A stretch of 55,977 bases of DNA. It comes from a virus. Lineage: Duplodnaviria; Caudoviricetes. The first letter of the stretch is position 1; the number at the start of each line of letters is the position of its first letter. Positions 27,888-37,681 of the stretch are shown here, piece by piece. The notes under the pieces are model-generated. The model was not told the DNA's origin, ran no database searches, and saw nothing but the letters and a program-made list of their open reading frames with translations. The DNA lies in IMG/VR virus record IMGVR_UViG_3300021091_000089, positions 1 through 55,977 of that record; one strand, written 5' to 3'. The position numbers were made by a program, and so were the translations under genes.

Positions 27888-28075
27888 AGCGGGGCTTTCT
27901 CAAACTCACTGAATGTTAGGGTTGTTTTTTGTGATCTCTTCGCCAGCTCGTACGGATTCACTAGCGTAAAGGGCCATGTAGGATACGGATGCGATGCTTT
28001 CCAATGCGGATCGTAGTATGGCGACTTCTCTAGTTCGGAAAGCAAGATCGGTTTGTAGCGCTTTGATTTGGGCAT
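27884..28075 (-). CDS. Hypothetical protein
   Basis: AGGAG RBS; stop overlaps the VRR-NUC ATG. Confidence 0.5.
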   Translation of the reverse strand: MPKSKRYKPILLSELEKSPYYDPHWKASHPYPTWPFTLVNPYELAKRSQKTTLTFSEFEKAPL

Positions 28076-28103
28076 GTAGTTGCTCCTGTTCTTCGGCGTT
28101 CAT
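27906..28103 (-). CDS. Hypothetical coiled-coil protein (overlaps the previous ORF in another frame)
   Basis: ATG 28103 overlaps the upstream stop (ATGA); heptad pattern LHAQIKALQTDLAFRTREVAILRSAL. Confidence 0.45.
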   Translation of the reverse strand: MNAEEQEQLHAQIKALQTDLAFRTREVAILRSALESIASVSYMALYASESVRAGEEITKNNPNIQ

Positions 28104-28291
28104 CGTGGCAAGCTCTCTGCCCACACAAGTATGGCGCTGGATGCACGCACAATGTTCTTACTGATGTTGGCGATCTCAAGAACTTCTCGTTCGCTTAACC
28201 TTGCGTTTGCGCACAGTTCTTGTAGCCTTTCTGATGACTGCTTCAGGACTATTACTGACTGTGCTGGATCCCTGATCTCTGTTGCTTGCAT
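28100..28291 (-). CDS. Hypothetical helical protein
   Basis: GGAGG RBS; 63 aa. Confidence 0.55.
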   Translation of the reverse strand: MQATEIRDPAQSVIVLKQSSERLQELCANARLSEREVLEIANISKNIVRASSAILVWAESLPR

Positions 28292-28505
28292 CCAATACCT
28301 CCATTAGTTTTTCAAGATAATGTTTGCCCTTACCAATCTCGGTAAAAGCTTCGTCTTTGTTGCCCATGCGCATCACGTACTTCAGTGCGCCACCACGATA
28401 GTAGCCGATACGTTGTTCAACGGGCCACGTATCCACCACATCCCATGGTTCTATGCCCATAAGTTTGTAATGCGAACCACCAATCTGTTTATCTTTTGCT
28501 GCCAT
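28176..28505 (-). CDS. DUF3310 (T7 gp1.7/SaV-like) protein
   Basis: QIGGSHYK, EPWD, GGALKYVMR.G.K and KGKHYL motifs. Confidence 0.82.
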   Translation of the reverse strand: MAAKDKQIGGSHYKLMGIEPWDVVDTWPVEQRIGYYRGGALKYVMRMGNKDEAFTEIGKGKHYLEKLMEVLDASNRDQGSSTVSNSPEAVIRKATRTVRKRKVKRTRSS

Positions 28506-28508
28506 ATA

Positions 28509-28811
28509 TCACCTCAAAGGTTGTTTGTTAGCCCACATGTTTACGCAGGTCTGCTCCAAGTCCATAGAAGGCGGGTTTGTTTTTAATGCATCTTTCAGAC
28601 CCATGTTGTATGCCTCGATCACGGTCTTGGGCAGTATCTCCATAGGCGGATCGTTAGATTTCATTTTGCTGATGCCGATTGCGATCAGACTTGTTAGCAC
28701 TACCCCAACCAAGACACCCAGGCCCCACTGTTTGTTGCTTTCGTTCATTACATTCTCCTTTCTAAATGGGCAGTCGCGCCCTTGTTCACAATCTCCTTGG
28801 CAGCAGATCAT
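28509..28811 (-). CDS. Single-pass membrane protein with an N-terminal Cys-rich motif
   Basis: MICCQGDCEQGRDCP then the TM segment WGLGVLVGVVLTSLIAIGI. An alternative internal start at 28748 has an AAGGAG RBS. Confidence 0.6.
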   Translation of the reverse strand: MICCQGDCEQGRDCPFRKENVMNESNKQWGLGVLVGVVLTSLIAIGISKMKSNDPPMEILPKTVIEAYNMGLKDALKTNPPSMDLEQTCVNMWANKQPLR

Positions 28812-29167
28812 TGGTTTTTCTCCCGCAGCTTGGCTTCGACATGAGAAATTAAATTCTGTATACATTGTCTGGAAGGTGCGCCAAATTTAATTGGCTCATC
28901 ATTAGGTTCAGTAATTTTTGAATCAAAAACCAAGTCTAAACTTTCCTCATCCGTCAGCCCAACCCATTCACGCTTTGGTGCGGCATAAAGCGGAACCTCA
29001 TTTACACCTTGCTGCCGGTTAACCCAAAAGTCATGGTGCTCACGATTAAGGTCTTCTACGTGTGCGTACCCCACAGGCTTTTGTTTTTGCCACGTTTTCT
29101 CCTGGTACTTGTTCCATGTCGCTTCAACGTATGCTGTCATCTCTTCAGGTGTTATTGGTTTAGCCAC
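28808..29167 (-). CDS. Hypothetical protein, WVGLT..E / EAKLREKN cassette family
   Basis: PLYAAPKREWVGLTDEE...VEAKLREKNQ; start trimmed to GTG 29167. Confidence 0.65.
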   Translation of the reverse strand: MAKPITPEEMTAYVEATWNKYQEKTWQKQKPVGYAHVEDLNREHHDFWVNRQQGVNEVPLYAAPKREWVGLTDEESLDLVFDSKITEPNDEPIKFGAPSRQCIQNLISHVEAKLREKNQ

Positions 29168-29393
29168 CGTTCTTCTCCCGCAGCTTAGTTTCAATGGCCC
29201 GTTCGTAATTCCATCCACGAAAAAGGTTGTCCTTTGCCCAGGCCGTGTGGATCTTTTCAATCTCCTCATCGGTCAGGTTCACCCAGGCTCTCTGCTGGCA
29301 CTCCGTGGCGTAGTGCCTCATTTGATCCTCTGTAAACAGATCCTTTCCAGCAATTCGGTACTGAGCGGATGGCATCTTTGAGATATGGATCAT
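29160..29393 (-). CDS. Hypothetical protein, WVGLT..E / EAKLREKN cassette family
   Basis: RAWVNLTDEEI...IETKLREKNGG. Confidence 0.65.
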   Translation of the reverse strand: MIHISKMPSAQYRIAGKDLFTEDQMRHYATECQQRAWVNLTDEEIEKIHTAWAKDNLFRGWNYERAIETKLREKNGG

Positions 29394-29623
29394 GTGTTCT
29401 TCTCCTTCAGCTTAGCTTCAAGCGCAGCAATCATGTCGATAACATACGGGCGGTTTGCCAGTGAGATTTCTCTGGCCTCCTCCTTAGTTAACCCAACCCA
29501 TTCACGCTCCGGTTGCGCCAATGCTTTCCGCAGTGCTTCTTTGATCGCAACCTCTGTGTCTTCAAGCCCGTGAGCATTTTCAAAATACTTCAACGCCTGC
29601 TCTGCTGCTTCTCGTAATTTCAT
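29390..29623 (-). CDS. Hypothetical protein, WVGLT..E / EAKLREKN cassette family
   Basis: LREAAEQAL...REWVGLTKEE...LEAKLKEKNT; start trimmed to the ATG overlapping the upstream stop. Confidence 0.65.
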   Translation of the reverse strand: MKLREAAEQALKYFENAHGLEDTEVAIKEALRKALAQPEREWVGLTKEEAREISLANRPYVIDMIAALEAKLKEKNT

Positions 29624-29856
29624 TTCTGACCCCTTATTCTCACCCCACACACCTCAGCCGCTAACTGCCCAACTTGTTGCTGTGTTTTGTTCAAGTCAGT
29701 TCTGGTTTTGTAGTCCTCTGAAATTCCATCACAAATCTCAGCACACGCCTCTCGCTCCCTGTCTACCGCCCAGTTCACAAGCTTAAAAATAAACTCATCG
29801 GAATCCAAGCCTTGCGGAAGTGCTGCGACCATTTCCCCAATCTGTTCCTTGGTCAT
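29620..29856 (-). CDS. Hypothetical protein (EREACA family)
   Basis: REREACAEICD...C..RIRG motif; coupled to its neighbours. Confidence 0.65.
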   Translation of the reverse strand: MTKEQIGEMVAALPQGLDSDEFIFKLVNWAVDREREACAEICDGISEDYKTRTDLNKTQQQVGQLAAEVCGVRIRGQK

Positions 29857-30026
29857 TTCTCACCTCCTTCATTTACGATCACATCTTCAGCAGGCATCTC
29901 CACAGTCCAGAACTGATACTCACACTCCGGACACACCCGCCGCCGTTTGCTCCACCTTGGGTGCTCCTCGATCAATCTGGTCTCCTTCACCTTGGTGTAG
30001 TGGTGGTCACAGTTGGGGCAGTTCAT
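29853..30026 (-). CDS. NrdR N-terminal-like zinc ribbon protein (57 aa, not in the ORF track)
   Basis: MNCPNC....TKVKETR......SKRRRVCPECEYQFWTVE. Confidence 0.8.
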   Translation of the reverse strand: MNCPNCDHHYTKVKETRLIEEHPRWSKRRRVCPECEYQFWTVEMPAEDVIVNEGGEK

Positions 30027-30321
30027 GGTTGTCCTCCCATTTGTGTAGATACTGTAATCCTTTCTCGGTTATATGAATATAGGATTTACGCTGATCTCGA
30101 TCCTCAGGGTGCTCGTAGTCTGCAGCAAACCCTTTGGCTTTAAGCAACGCTAACTTTTTGTATGTTGTAGCCGGTGCAGAAATTTTGTCTTTGCGACACT
30201 CACGCACCAGCATCTCTGTGGGCACCGGCCCACGGAAATCACTTAACACATCCAACACACAATCAGCGCCCATGTCCATGCCGTGACTCTTTTGTTGATA
30301 GTAAACTCTGATGGGACGCAT
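30007..30321 (-). CDS. MarR-like winged-helix protein
   Basis: SAPATTYKKLALLKAKGF...DQRKSYIHITEKG. Confidence 0.75.
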   Translation of the reverse strand: MRPIRVYYQQKSHGMDMGADCVLDVLSDFRGPVPTEMLVRECRKDKISAPATTYKKLALLKAKGFAADYEHPEDRDQRKSYIHITEKGLQYLHKWEDNHELPQL

Positions 30322-30330
30322 AGCTGCTCC

Positions 30331-31203
30331 TTAGAAATTAAAACGATCTACGATCTCAGCCACCTGCGCACGAATCTCCGTGCGTGCGTCTAAGTTCTTG
30401 CGCAGTTCTTCTGCGTCCACGGTACGCAGCAGTTTTTCTAACTCCAGACGCGCTGCCTCAATGGTCATATCGTTCGTCAGGTTTAGTGACTCCAACGCCT
30501 CACACAGCTCCAGCCCACCCTCGACCAGCGATGTGTGGATACGGCCCTTGCGTTGTTTGCCATTGACTTCTTCTACCTTCAGCCGCTCCATCATGCGGTC
30601 AAGGTGCGCCTTGAGTCTGCCACGTGCGTCAGACATAGCAGCTTCCACACGCTCATCAGCCAGCTTACTTAGCTTCTCCTGCAGATTTTTCTGCGCTTCG
30701 TTGCCAACATCAACACGGAAGTCCCCCGCCTTGGGCACAGGCATGTAGTTCACACGGAAAGAAAACTTGTGTGCAATCTCTTGTGGGGAAGGGTACTCAC
30801 TGCGGTTAAACATATCCCCCAACGCCATAGCTTGCGCTGTAATGAGCGACGGATACACAGCGATGAACGTGTTAACGAGATCGGCAAACTCCTGCTCAAA
30901 CTTACCCATGCGGTCATTGAAATCCATAAACTTCTTTGTGGGAAGCAAACGGATACCAGAGTCTGACCAGGGCAGCGTGCTCTCATACACATAGTTACGC
31001 ACCGCCCCGATGTGCGCTTGGATAACTTCTAACTCCTGCCGCCCTGCAAGCAGGTGCTTGTTGACCCGTGCTGCGTCTTTGGCAGTTGCGTTCTTGCTCG
31101 ACACCACCTCATCGGTGGTGCTCCTGTCCAGCTTACGTGCTGTCCATACGGGCGCGTTGAATTCAACCAGTAACGCGCAGGTGTCGATATTAAATCTGCT
31201 CAT
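30331..31203 (-). CDS. DUF3150-like protein
   Basis: WTARKLD, TLPWSDSGIRLLP, YP....I..KF and LNLTND motifs; lies downstream of the vWA/ATPase pair. Confidence 0.7.
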   Translation of the reverse strand: MSRFNIDTCALLVEFNAPVWTARKLDRSTTDEVVSSKNATAKDAARVNKHLLAGRQELEVIQAHIGAVRNYVYESTLPWSDSGIRLLPTKKFMDFNDRMGKFEQEFADLVNTFIAVYPSLITAQAMALGDMFNRSEYPSPQEIAHKFSFRVNYMPVPKAGDFRVDVGNEAQKNLQEKLSKLADERVEAAMSDARGRLKAHLDRMMERLKVEEVNGKQRKGRIHTSLVEGGLELCEALESLNLTNDMTIEAARLELEKLLRTVDAEELRKNLDARTEIRAQVAEIVDRFNF

Positions 31204-31225
31204 GGTGATTCTCCTTTCTTATGTG

Positions 31226-31654
31226 TTAAAGCAACCGCAGTACTTCTAAGGCGTTGTGCTCCCTATTTATCGAAGTCATGTACGCCTTGTTACCAAAGAG
31301 CCTACTGCATAGTGCCGTAGTAGACGACTGCAATTTGTCCGGCCCATACTTACCGCCAGGCACAAACGTGCTTTCGCCAGGTTTCAGGTTCTCAATAAAC
31401 GGACGGACATAATTTCCCAACTCCCCTTTTGGAAACTCAAAGTTACGTTTCCTTCTTTGGGGAGGCGCCATCTTGACGGACACAATGTCGCCGTGCTTAA
31501 GCTCTGCACCCTCACTGGTTTTAACGTAGTAACTGCAGCCCAGATTTCTGAGTACCGTCAACAAGTCATCAATAGTTCTGTCTTTCAAACTGTAGCGTGT
31601 TGCGGTGGTGTTAGTGTTAGGACGGGTAAACAAAGGTTGTTGTTTATCATTCAT
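31226..31654 (-). CDS. Hypothetical, possibly DNA-binding protein
   Basis: 142 aa, AAGGAG RBS, LKPGESTFVP motif resembling the 17808 ORF. Confidence 0.6.
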   Translation of the reverse strand: MNDKQQPLFTRPNTNTTATRYSLKDRTIDDLLTVLRNLGCSYYVKTSEGAELKHGDIVSVKMAPPQRRKRNFEFPKGELGNYVRPFIENLKPGESTFVPGGKYGPDKLQSSTTALCSRLFGNKAYMTSINREHNALEVLRLL

Positions 31655-31665
31655 GGTAGATCTCC

Positions 31666-32856
<1,191 letters not shown>

Positions 32857-32858
32857 GG

Positions 32859-33998
32859 TTACACCTTGTAGAAGATACGGTTGTCGTTCATCATCTCGCC
32901 GAACTCAGCGATGGTGGAGTACAGACCGAGGTGTAGCGTGGCTGATGCAGACACACGGCGCAGGAACAATGACTGCACCTCTGGTTGTAGCCGCCTGATG
33001 TAGAGCGTGAACGCCTGTGCATCGTCGCGTGTCTTGGTCTGTGCCAACGAACGGAACACCACCACCTGCTGCGCGATCTTGTTGTCTGGCACTGGTGTGT
33101 TAAGAGGATCAGCCAGTATGTCTGTGTTGCGTGGCACCTGCGCACCGAACCGGATGAACGACATCAGGATAGAGGTAAATGCTTTGCCCACTGTGCCAGA
33201 AAGTGCTTGTTCCAAAGTAGCACTATCGAACCCCCCCACGGCATATGCGTCGAGGATGTCTGACGCAGCATGTAAGGTACGCGGCGACGCATAGGCATCT
33301 TGGACTTCTTGCGGGTTGTAAATTGATGGGTTGTCTTTCTTCTGATCTTTGTTTTCATATCTGCCTCCTGGTAAGTAGTCAACGAATGAGTCAAGCACCT
33401 GCGGGTTCTCCTCCACGCAGGCTATGAGGATGGGGTTCAACCCCATGGGCATGGCAAAGTTCTGTATCCACTCCTGCCCGTCAGCTTTGCGCAGCTTGAC
33501 CACGATCAGCCTGTTGCGCAGGTGTGCCGCTAGGCTGTCACCCAGACCCTCAATGGCGAGGTTCGTAGCGCCGAACACCACCGACCGCTCGGGCCAGTAC
33601 ATCGTCCCCACCCTGCGCTCATACATCATGGGCGCGATCATGTTCTTAACGAACTGTGGAATCTTGGCGACCTCGTCGAACATCACAAGCACAGGGCGCT
33701 CTTTGTCTGCACCGCGCTGGTTGCCAAAGCTCAGGCCCAGCCGTTGGTTGGGTAGCTCACGGGCTATGCCCTGCTCACGGTCAATGTCTGGCATGAACAA
33801 CGAACCATCAGACAACTGCGTGCAGTCGATGGGCGCAGGCTTGATGTGGTCAGCAAAGAACGGATCAGCCGACAGCGTGCGGTGTAGCCATGACTTGCCT
33901 GTGCCGTTCTCACCCATTATGAGGACGGTGCGCTTGTGGCCCACGGCCTTGATCAGATCAACGATCTGGCTGTGTGTAAGGAATTCATTAGCATCCAT
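32859..33998 (-). CDS. MoxR-like AAA+ ATPase
   Basis: GENGTGKS, VMFDE, ATN, LRNR and SPRT motifs; start trimmed to ATG 33998 behind AAGGAG. Confidence 0.88.
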   Translation of the reverse strand: MDANEFLTHSQIVDLIKAVGHKRTVLIMGENGTGKSWLHRTLSADPFFADHIKPAPIDCTQLSDGSLFMPDIDREQGIARELPNQRLGLSFGNQRGADKERPVLVMFDEVAKIPQFVKNMIAPMMYERRVGTMYWPERSVVFGATNLAIEGLGDSLAAHLRNRLIVVKLRKADGQEWIQNFAMPMGLNPILIACVEENPQVLDSFVDYLPGGRYENKDQKKDNPSIYNPQEVQDAYASPRTLHAASDILDAYAVGGFDSATLEQALSGTVGKAFTSILMSFIRFGAQVPRNTDILADPLNTPVPDNKIAQQVVVFRSLAQTKTRDDAQAFTLYIRRLQPEVQSLFLRRVSASATLHLGLYSTIAEFGEMMNDNRIFYKV

Positions 33999-34039
33999 GG
34001 TTGTACTCTCCTTTTGGAATTTAACTGCATTGTTAAAAG

Positions 34040-34068
34040 ATTGTAGAGCAAAGTAAAACCTTTGACAA
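34040..34068 (-). promoter_or_regulatory. Sigma70-type promoter for the ATPase-vWA operon
   Basis: Minus strand TTGTCA-N17-TACAAT. Confidence 0.7.
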
Positions 34069-34074
34069 GCGTTT

Positions 34075-34275
34075 TTATACGGCATCCTCCTTCCTATTGA
34101 TACGTTGACAATAACGACGGTACTGCTCAGGCGTGTGCCTTGCAATGATGGTCAGGCGTCGGGGTGCGCCGTTCATGTGCTCAATCCAGCGGTCAAAACT
34201 GGCGTAGTCCAGTGCCTCTTGCTTGGTCTTGAACTTGTGGGTGCTCCCCTCGACTGTGTAGATATATTTGCCCAT
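34075..34275 (-). CDS. Hypothetical protein
   Basis: 66 aa, AAGGAG RBS, FKTKQEALDYA motif. Confidence 0.6.
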   Translation of the reverse strand: MGKYIYTVEGSTHKFKTKQEALDYASFDRWIEHMNGAPRRLTIIARHTPEQYRRYCQRINRKEDAV

Positions 34276-34310
34276 ATGTACTCTCCTTTCCTATCGTTAG
34301 TTACTGCTAG

Positions 34311-35315
34311 TTACTTATACATAAACTCATCGTAGCCGTAGTCGCTGCTCGCGTACTTGGCAGACTCTATCGGCTCGCCGAACAACTCGTTGCGCACCAG
34401 CATGACGAAGGTTTCTGGGTCGGTGTATGCCATGTCGAACATCTCCGCCTTTGTCATGCCGTACAGACTGTAGTCGTTATCTGTAGTTTGTTTGTAGTAA
34501 CTGCCACCCCTGGCCCAGCTGTAGTCTTTGTAGTCATTGACCTGCGGATCTCTGTCGGTGGGCAGTGCTTCCCAGTCGATGGTCAGGCAAGAGTCACGCA
34601 GGTGGAACAGTGTGGGCAGGTGTAGCGTCTCGTTGCCGGTGTGCTCGTTGAGGTAGCCGCACGAGATGTTGGTGCACTCAGGGATGATGTGGGTGTAGTT
34701 GGCAGTGTCAGTGAACACGCCCGTGTCGTCTGGCTCGTAGATGTTGTGCTCGTTGTCATTGAGTGCATCAGCCAAGGCTTGGGCGAAAATATCCGAGCAA
34801 CACCGACCCCAGCCCTGGTGTGTGATGACGCTTGTGCTGCCGCGTCTGTCGAAGGCGATGGCACGCTTGAACTTGTAGAGCACATCAGGATACTGCTTGG
34901 CGATGTGGCTTGAACCCAGGCCACCACACTCTTCTGCGCGGTGGAAAAAGTAACAGCCAGGCACACCGGCGTCGATCATCTCCAGCATGAGCCATGCGCC
35001 AGCCGCATCGTCAGCACCCAGAGGCTCACCATCGGCTTTGAAATAGGTCTGCGTTGCGCGGTGGAACTTGGCACGCTGATGCCCCTCGGTGCGGTGCACA
35101 GTGTCGGTGTGGCAAGAGAACATAGTGTGTGGCGTGCGCCCGTCAGGGTGTAGCACCGTGACGACCAGGGCCATGTCGTCCACATTGGTGGGGTCATACG
35201 GCATGATGAACCGCTCGATCCACTGTGCCTCAGACTTCGACTTGTGTGGGCGCTTGTACCTGAGCATCTCGTGCAGACGCTCGTCGTAGAAAACAGAATT
35301 AGATTCTCGTGTCAT
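34311..35315 (-). CDS. M28/M20-like zinc exopeptidase
   Basis: SCHTDTV, LGADDAAG, AEECGGLGS, AFDRRG, FTD and EHT ligand motifs. Confidence 0.88.
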   Translation of the reverse strand: MTRESNSVFYDERLHEMLRYKRPHKSKSEAQWIERFIMPYDPTNVDDMALVVTVLHPDGRTPHTMFSCHTDTVHRTEGHQRAKFHRATQTYFKADGEPLGADDAAGAWLMLEMIDAGVPGCYFFHRAEECGGLGSSHIAKQYPDVLYKFKRAIAFDRRGSTSVITHQGWGRCCSDIFAQALADALNDNEHNIYEPDDTGVFTDTANYTHIIPECTNISCGYLNEHTGNETLHLPTLFHLRDSCLTIDWEALPTDRDPQVNDYKDYSWARGGSYYKQTTDNDYSLYGMTKAEMFDMAYTDPETFVMLVRNELFGEPIESAKYASSDYGYDEFMYK

Positions 35316-35339
35316 GTGATTCTCCTTAAGTTGTTTGAA

Positions 35340-37148
35340 TTAAAGGACATACGCAGGCAGCACGCTGCGTAGAATGTCGACCCTGGTTCTGTTGGCATAC
35401 AGGTCGAACGGCACGCCCTCAATACTGCGGAACATCTTGAGGCCGTTGGTTACGTCACGTGCGTACCGGATCAGCTGGTGCATTGTGACGAACCCAGACA
35501 CCCACTCGTTGCCGTAGTCATCGACGAACCGTGTCGCCTCGTCGTGGATCTTGGCTATGTCTTCGGGCAGGTCACCGATGTAGCACACAGGCAGGCCATT
35601 GTCTGCGCTGGGCATCCGCACCGTCACGCGTGAGGCAGCGTGGGTGTCACGATTGTGGTAGTACTCGTAGTCACCGTCAGAGTTTGTGATCTTCACCGCA
35701 TCTTCCTCGTGCATCCACTCGCCGTCAGGGTTCTGCACACACTCACTCTCGCAACGGTACGCACCCTCTGTATCGCAGTAGACAATGCCATGCCGATCAA
35801 GGTATGCGTCATGGTAGTACTCACCATCTGTCTCGCAGTACACCACATCGTCCTGGTGGATGTAGTCCCTGTCGCCGTGGCGTGAGTAGCACCAAGTGTA
35901 GTCGTCAATGCAGCACTGCCCGATGCGTATGCCGTGGTAGTCAGAGTAGACCATGTCTTCCTCGTCCTCATTGGTCTGATCACCACACGCGTCACATGTG
36001 CCACCGCTACGATAGATGCCGTTCGTCTCGCGTGCATCATGGCAGTGCTCGCCGCAGGTGTAGCCAATGACCCAGAAGCCACGCGTCAGACTGACTGTGT
36101 ACTCGTTGCCGTCGATGTACGGCATGAGGTAGTTGTTGTCGTCGTCCTGTATAGCCAGCAGGCGCAGGCCGTCAGCGTAGCCGCTCTGCCGTTCGTACCC
36201 CATCTCGATGAGCTTATCCTCAAGGGTTAGGGCTTCTGCGCCGTAGAGTCTGACGAAGTGACCGCCGTTGTTTGGCTGATCAGGGTATGCAACGATGGCG
36301 CGTGCAACGAGCTGGTCTGTCGCATCATCGGTCAGCCATGTGATAGCGAAGTCACCTGAGCCATAGACCTCGGCAGGGTGGTAGTCACCAGAGATATCAC
36401 CGATACGCGAACCGCCCATGCATGACATACATGAACTGACCCCGTCCTCGTAGATACGCTTGAAGTCTGCCGATGTCTTGCCCATGTGGAACGACAAACT
36501 CTTGACACCGTTAGCCATGGATCGGATCTGGTTCTGTGTCAGCATCTCACTGTAGAACTGTGTGAGGTAGCGTCCGATCTTCATGCGCACCTGCCGATCA
36601 GCCCTGCCGTAGTCAGGCGATGGAGTATAGGCCACCATCGTGGGTTCATCGACAGAGATATGCGGGAAGTGCCACCACAGTGACGGGTTGAGTTTGCCCA
36701 GCTGACGCAGCTGCTCTAAGAACAACGGCGCGGTGTATTTGTGCAGGTAAAACCTAGCGCACTCACGCCACACCCAGAACGCATTGGGTGTGATCAGCTC
36801 GTTGGCTAGCATGATGACCTTGGCGTTGCAATAGATCCGCGTCAGGGGACGACTGCTAAGCTGTTTGACTGCATCAGGTATAGCACCAAAGTCACACGCA
36901 ATGTCAATCCTCTCGACCATACGGTGCATCTGTTGCGGGTCGATGGGCGTGGGTTCTGCATCAAACGCAGACGCGTCTCTGTGTAACTCGTTGATGAGAA
37001 GGCATCGGCCTGGTGCGCCAGTCGAATTAGCCAAGTCAGTCAGTTTAAGCACTGGCATGAAGTTGATGGGGTTGGTGGGGTCGATTGCATGGGTATGCAA
37101 CACTTGTAGCAAAGATTCTTTGCTTTGAATCTTGGACATAATATCCAT
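35340..37148 (-). CDS. Large early protein with an acidic Cys/His/Tyr-rich repeat region
   Basis: 602 aa; MKIGRYL, SCMS, ARAIV, RLYG and MPYID motifs, then CDAC and repeated D.V.C...GEY(Y)H units. Confidence 0.7.
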   Translation of the reverse strand: MDIMSKIQSKESLLQVLHTHAIDPTNPINFMPVLKLTDLANSTGAPGRCLLINELHRDASAFDAEPTPIDPQQMHRMVERIDIACDFGAIPDAVKQLSSRPLTRIYCNAKVIMLANELITPNAFWVWRECARFYLHKYTAPLFLEQLRQLGKLNPSLWWHFPHISVDEPTMVAYTPSPDYGRADRQVRMKIGRYLTQFYSEMLTQNQIRSMANGVKSLSFHMGKTSADFKRIYEDGVSSCMSCMGGSRIGDISGDYHPAEVYGSGDFAITWLTDDATDQLVARAIVAYPDQPNNGGHFVRLYGAEALTLEDKLIEMGYERQSGYADGLRLLAIQDDDNNYLMPYIDGNEYTVSLTRGFWVIGYTCGEHCHDARETNGIYRSGGTCDACGDQTNEDEEDMVYSDYHGIRIGQCCIDDYTWCYSRHGDRDYIHQDDVVYCETDGEYYHDAYLDRHGIVYCDTEGAYRCESECVQNPDGEWMHEEDAVKITNSDGDYEYYHNRDTHAASRVTVRMPSADNGLPVCYIGDLPEDIAKIHDEATRFVDDYGNEWVSGFVTMHQLIRYARDVTNGLKMFRSIEGVPFDLYANRTRVDILRSVLPAYVL

Positions 37149-37171
37149 GATGTAATCTCCTTATAGTTAAG

Positions 37172-37318
37172 TTACTGCACCAACATCATTAAAATGATGT
37201 ACCCAAGAAACAAGGCGAACATAAAGCCCAGTATCCCAAGCACATCTACGAACACCGCACGCGTCTCACGCATACGGCGAATTCTTCTACGCCTTTGAAC
37301 TGAGTTAATTGAGACCAT
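37172..37318 (-). CDS. Small membrane protein (48 aa, not in the ORF track)
   Basis: MVSINSVQRRRRIRRMRETRAVFVDVLGILGFMFALFLGYIILMMLVQ*; GGAGG RBS. Confidence 0.65.
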   Translation of the reverse strand: MVSINSVQRRRRIRRMRETRAVFVDVLGILGFMFALFLGYIILMMLVQ

Positions 37319-37499
37319 CTGGCACCTCCACTTCTCCTTCTAAATAAACTTCAGTGTCGTAGTCTTGCGGTTTTGTGTCGCTGGTAAGTCCACGCGCTAC
37401 CCAGTCCCAGGCTTGGTCAATGGCACCTGCCTCGGTTTCTGCTTCGACAGTTACATAGCGGTACTCTTTACTCACCACACAGATTTCGTATGTTTTCAT
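37305..37499 (-). CDS. Small acidic protein (MK.YEI...VEAE...A family)
   Basis: MKTYEICVVSKEYRYVTVEAETEAGAIDQAW. Confidence 0.7.
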   Translation of the reverse strand: MKTYEICVVSKEYRYVTVEAETEAGAIDQAWDWVARGLTSDTKPQDYDTEVYLEGEVEVPDGLN

Positions 37500-37669
37500 T
37501 CTTTCACCTCCTTCATGGATTCAATTTGCCAATCAGCGCCATCACGAACACCGTAGTCACCGTGTGTTACCTCTTCAAAGGCTTTGTACTCAGCCTCTGT
37601 TGTGTTCTCTGCTTCAATGACCACCTTGACAAACGATGTGCGTGTCATTTCGATTTCGTAAAGTTTCAT
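37496..37669 (-). CDS. Small acidic protein, paralogue (57 aa, not in the ORF track)
   Basis: MKLYEIEMTRTSFVKVVIEAENTTEAEYKAF...; AAGGAG RBS and ATGA coupling. Confidence 0.7.
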   Translation of the reverse strand: MKLYEIEMTRTSFVKVVIEAENTTEAEYKAFEEVTHGDYGVRDGADWQIESMKEVKE

Positions 37670-37681
37670 ATCAATCTCCTT

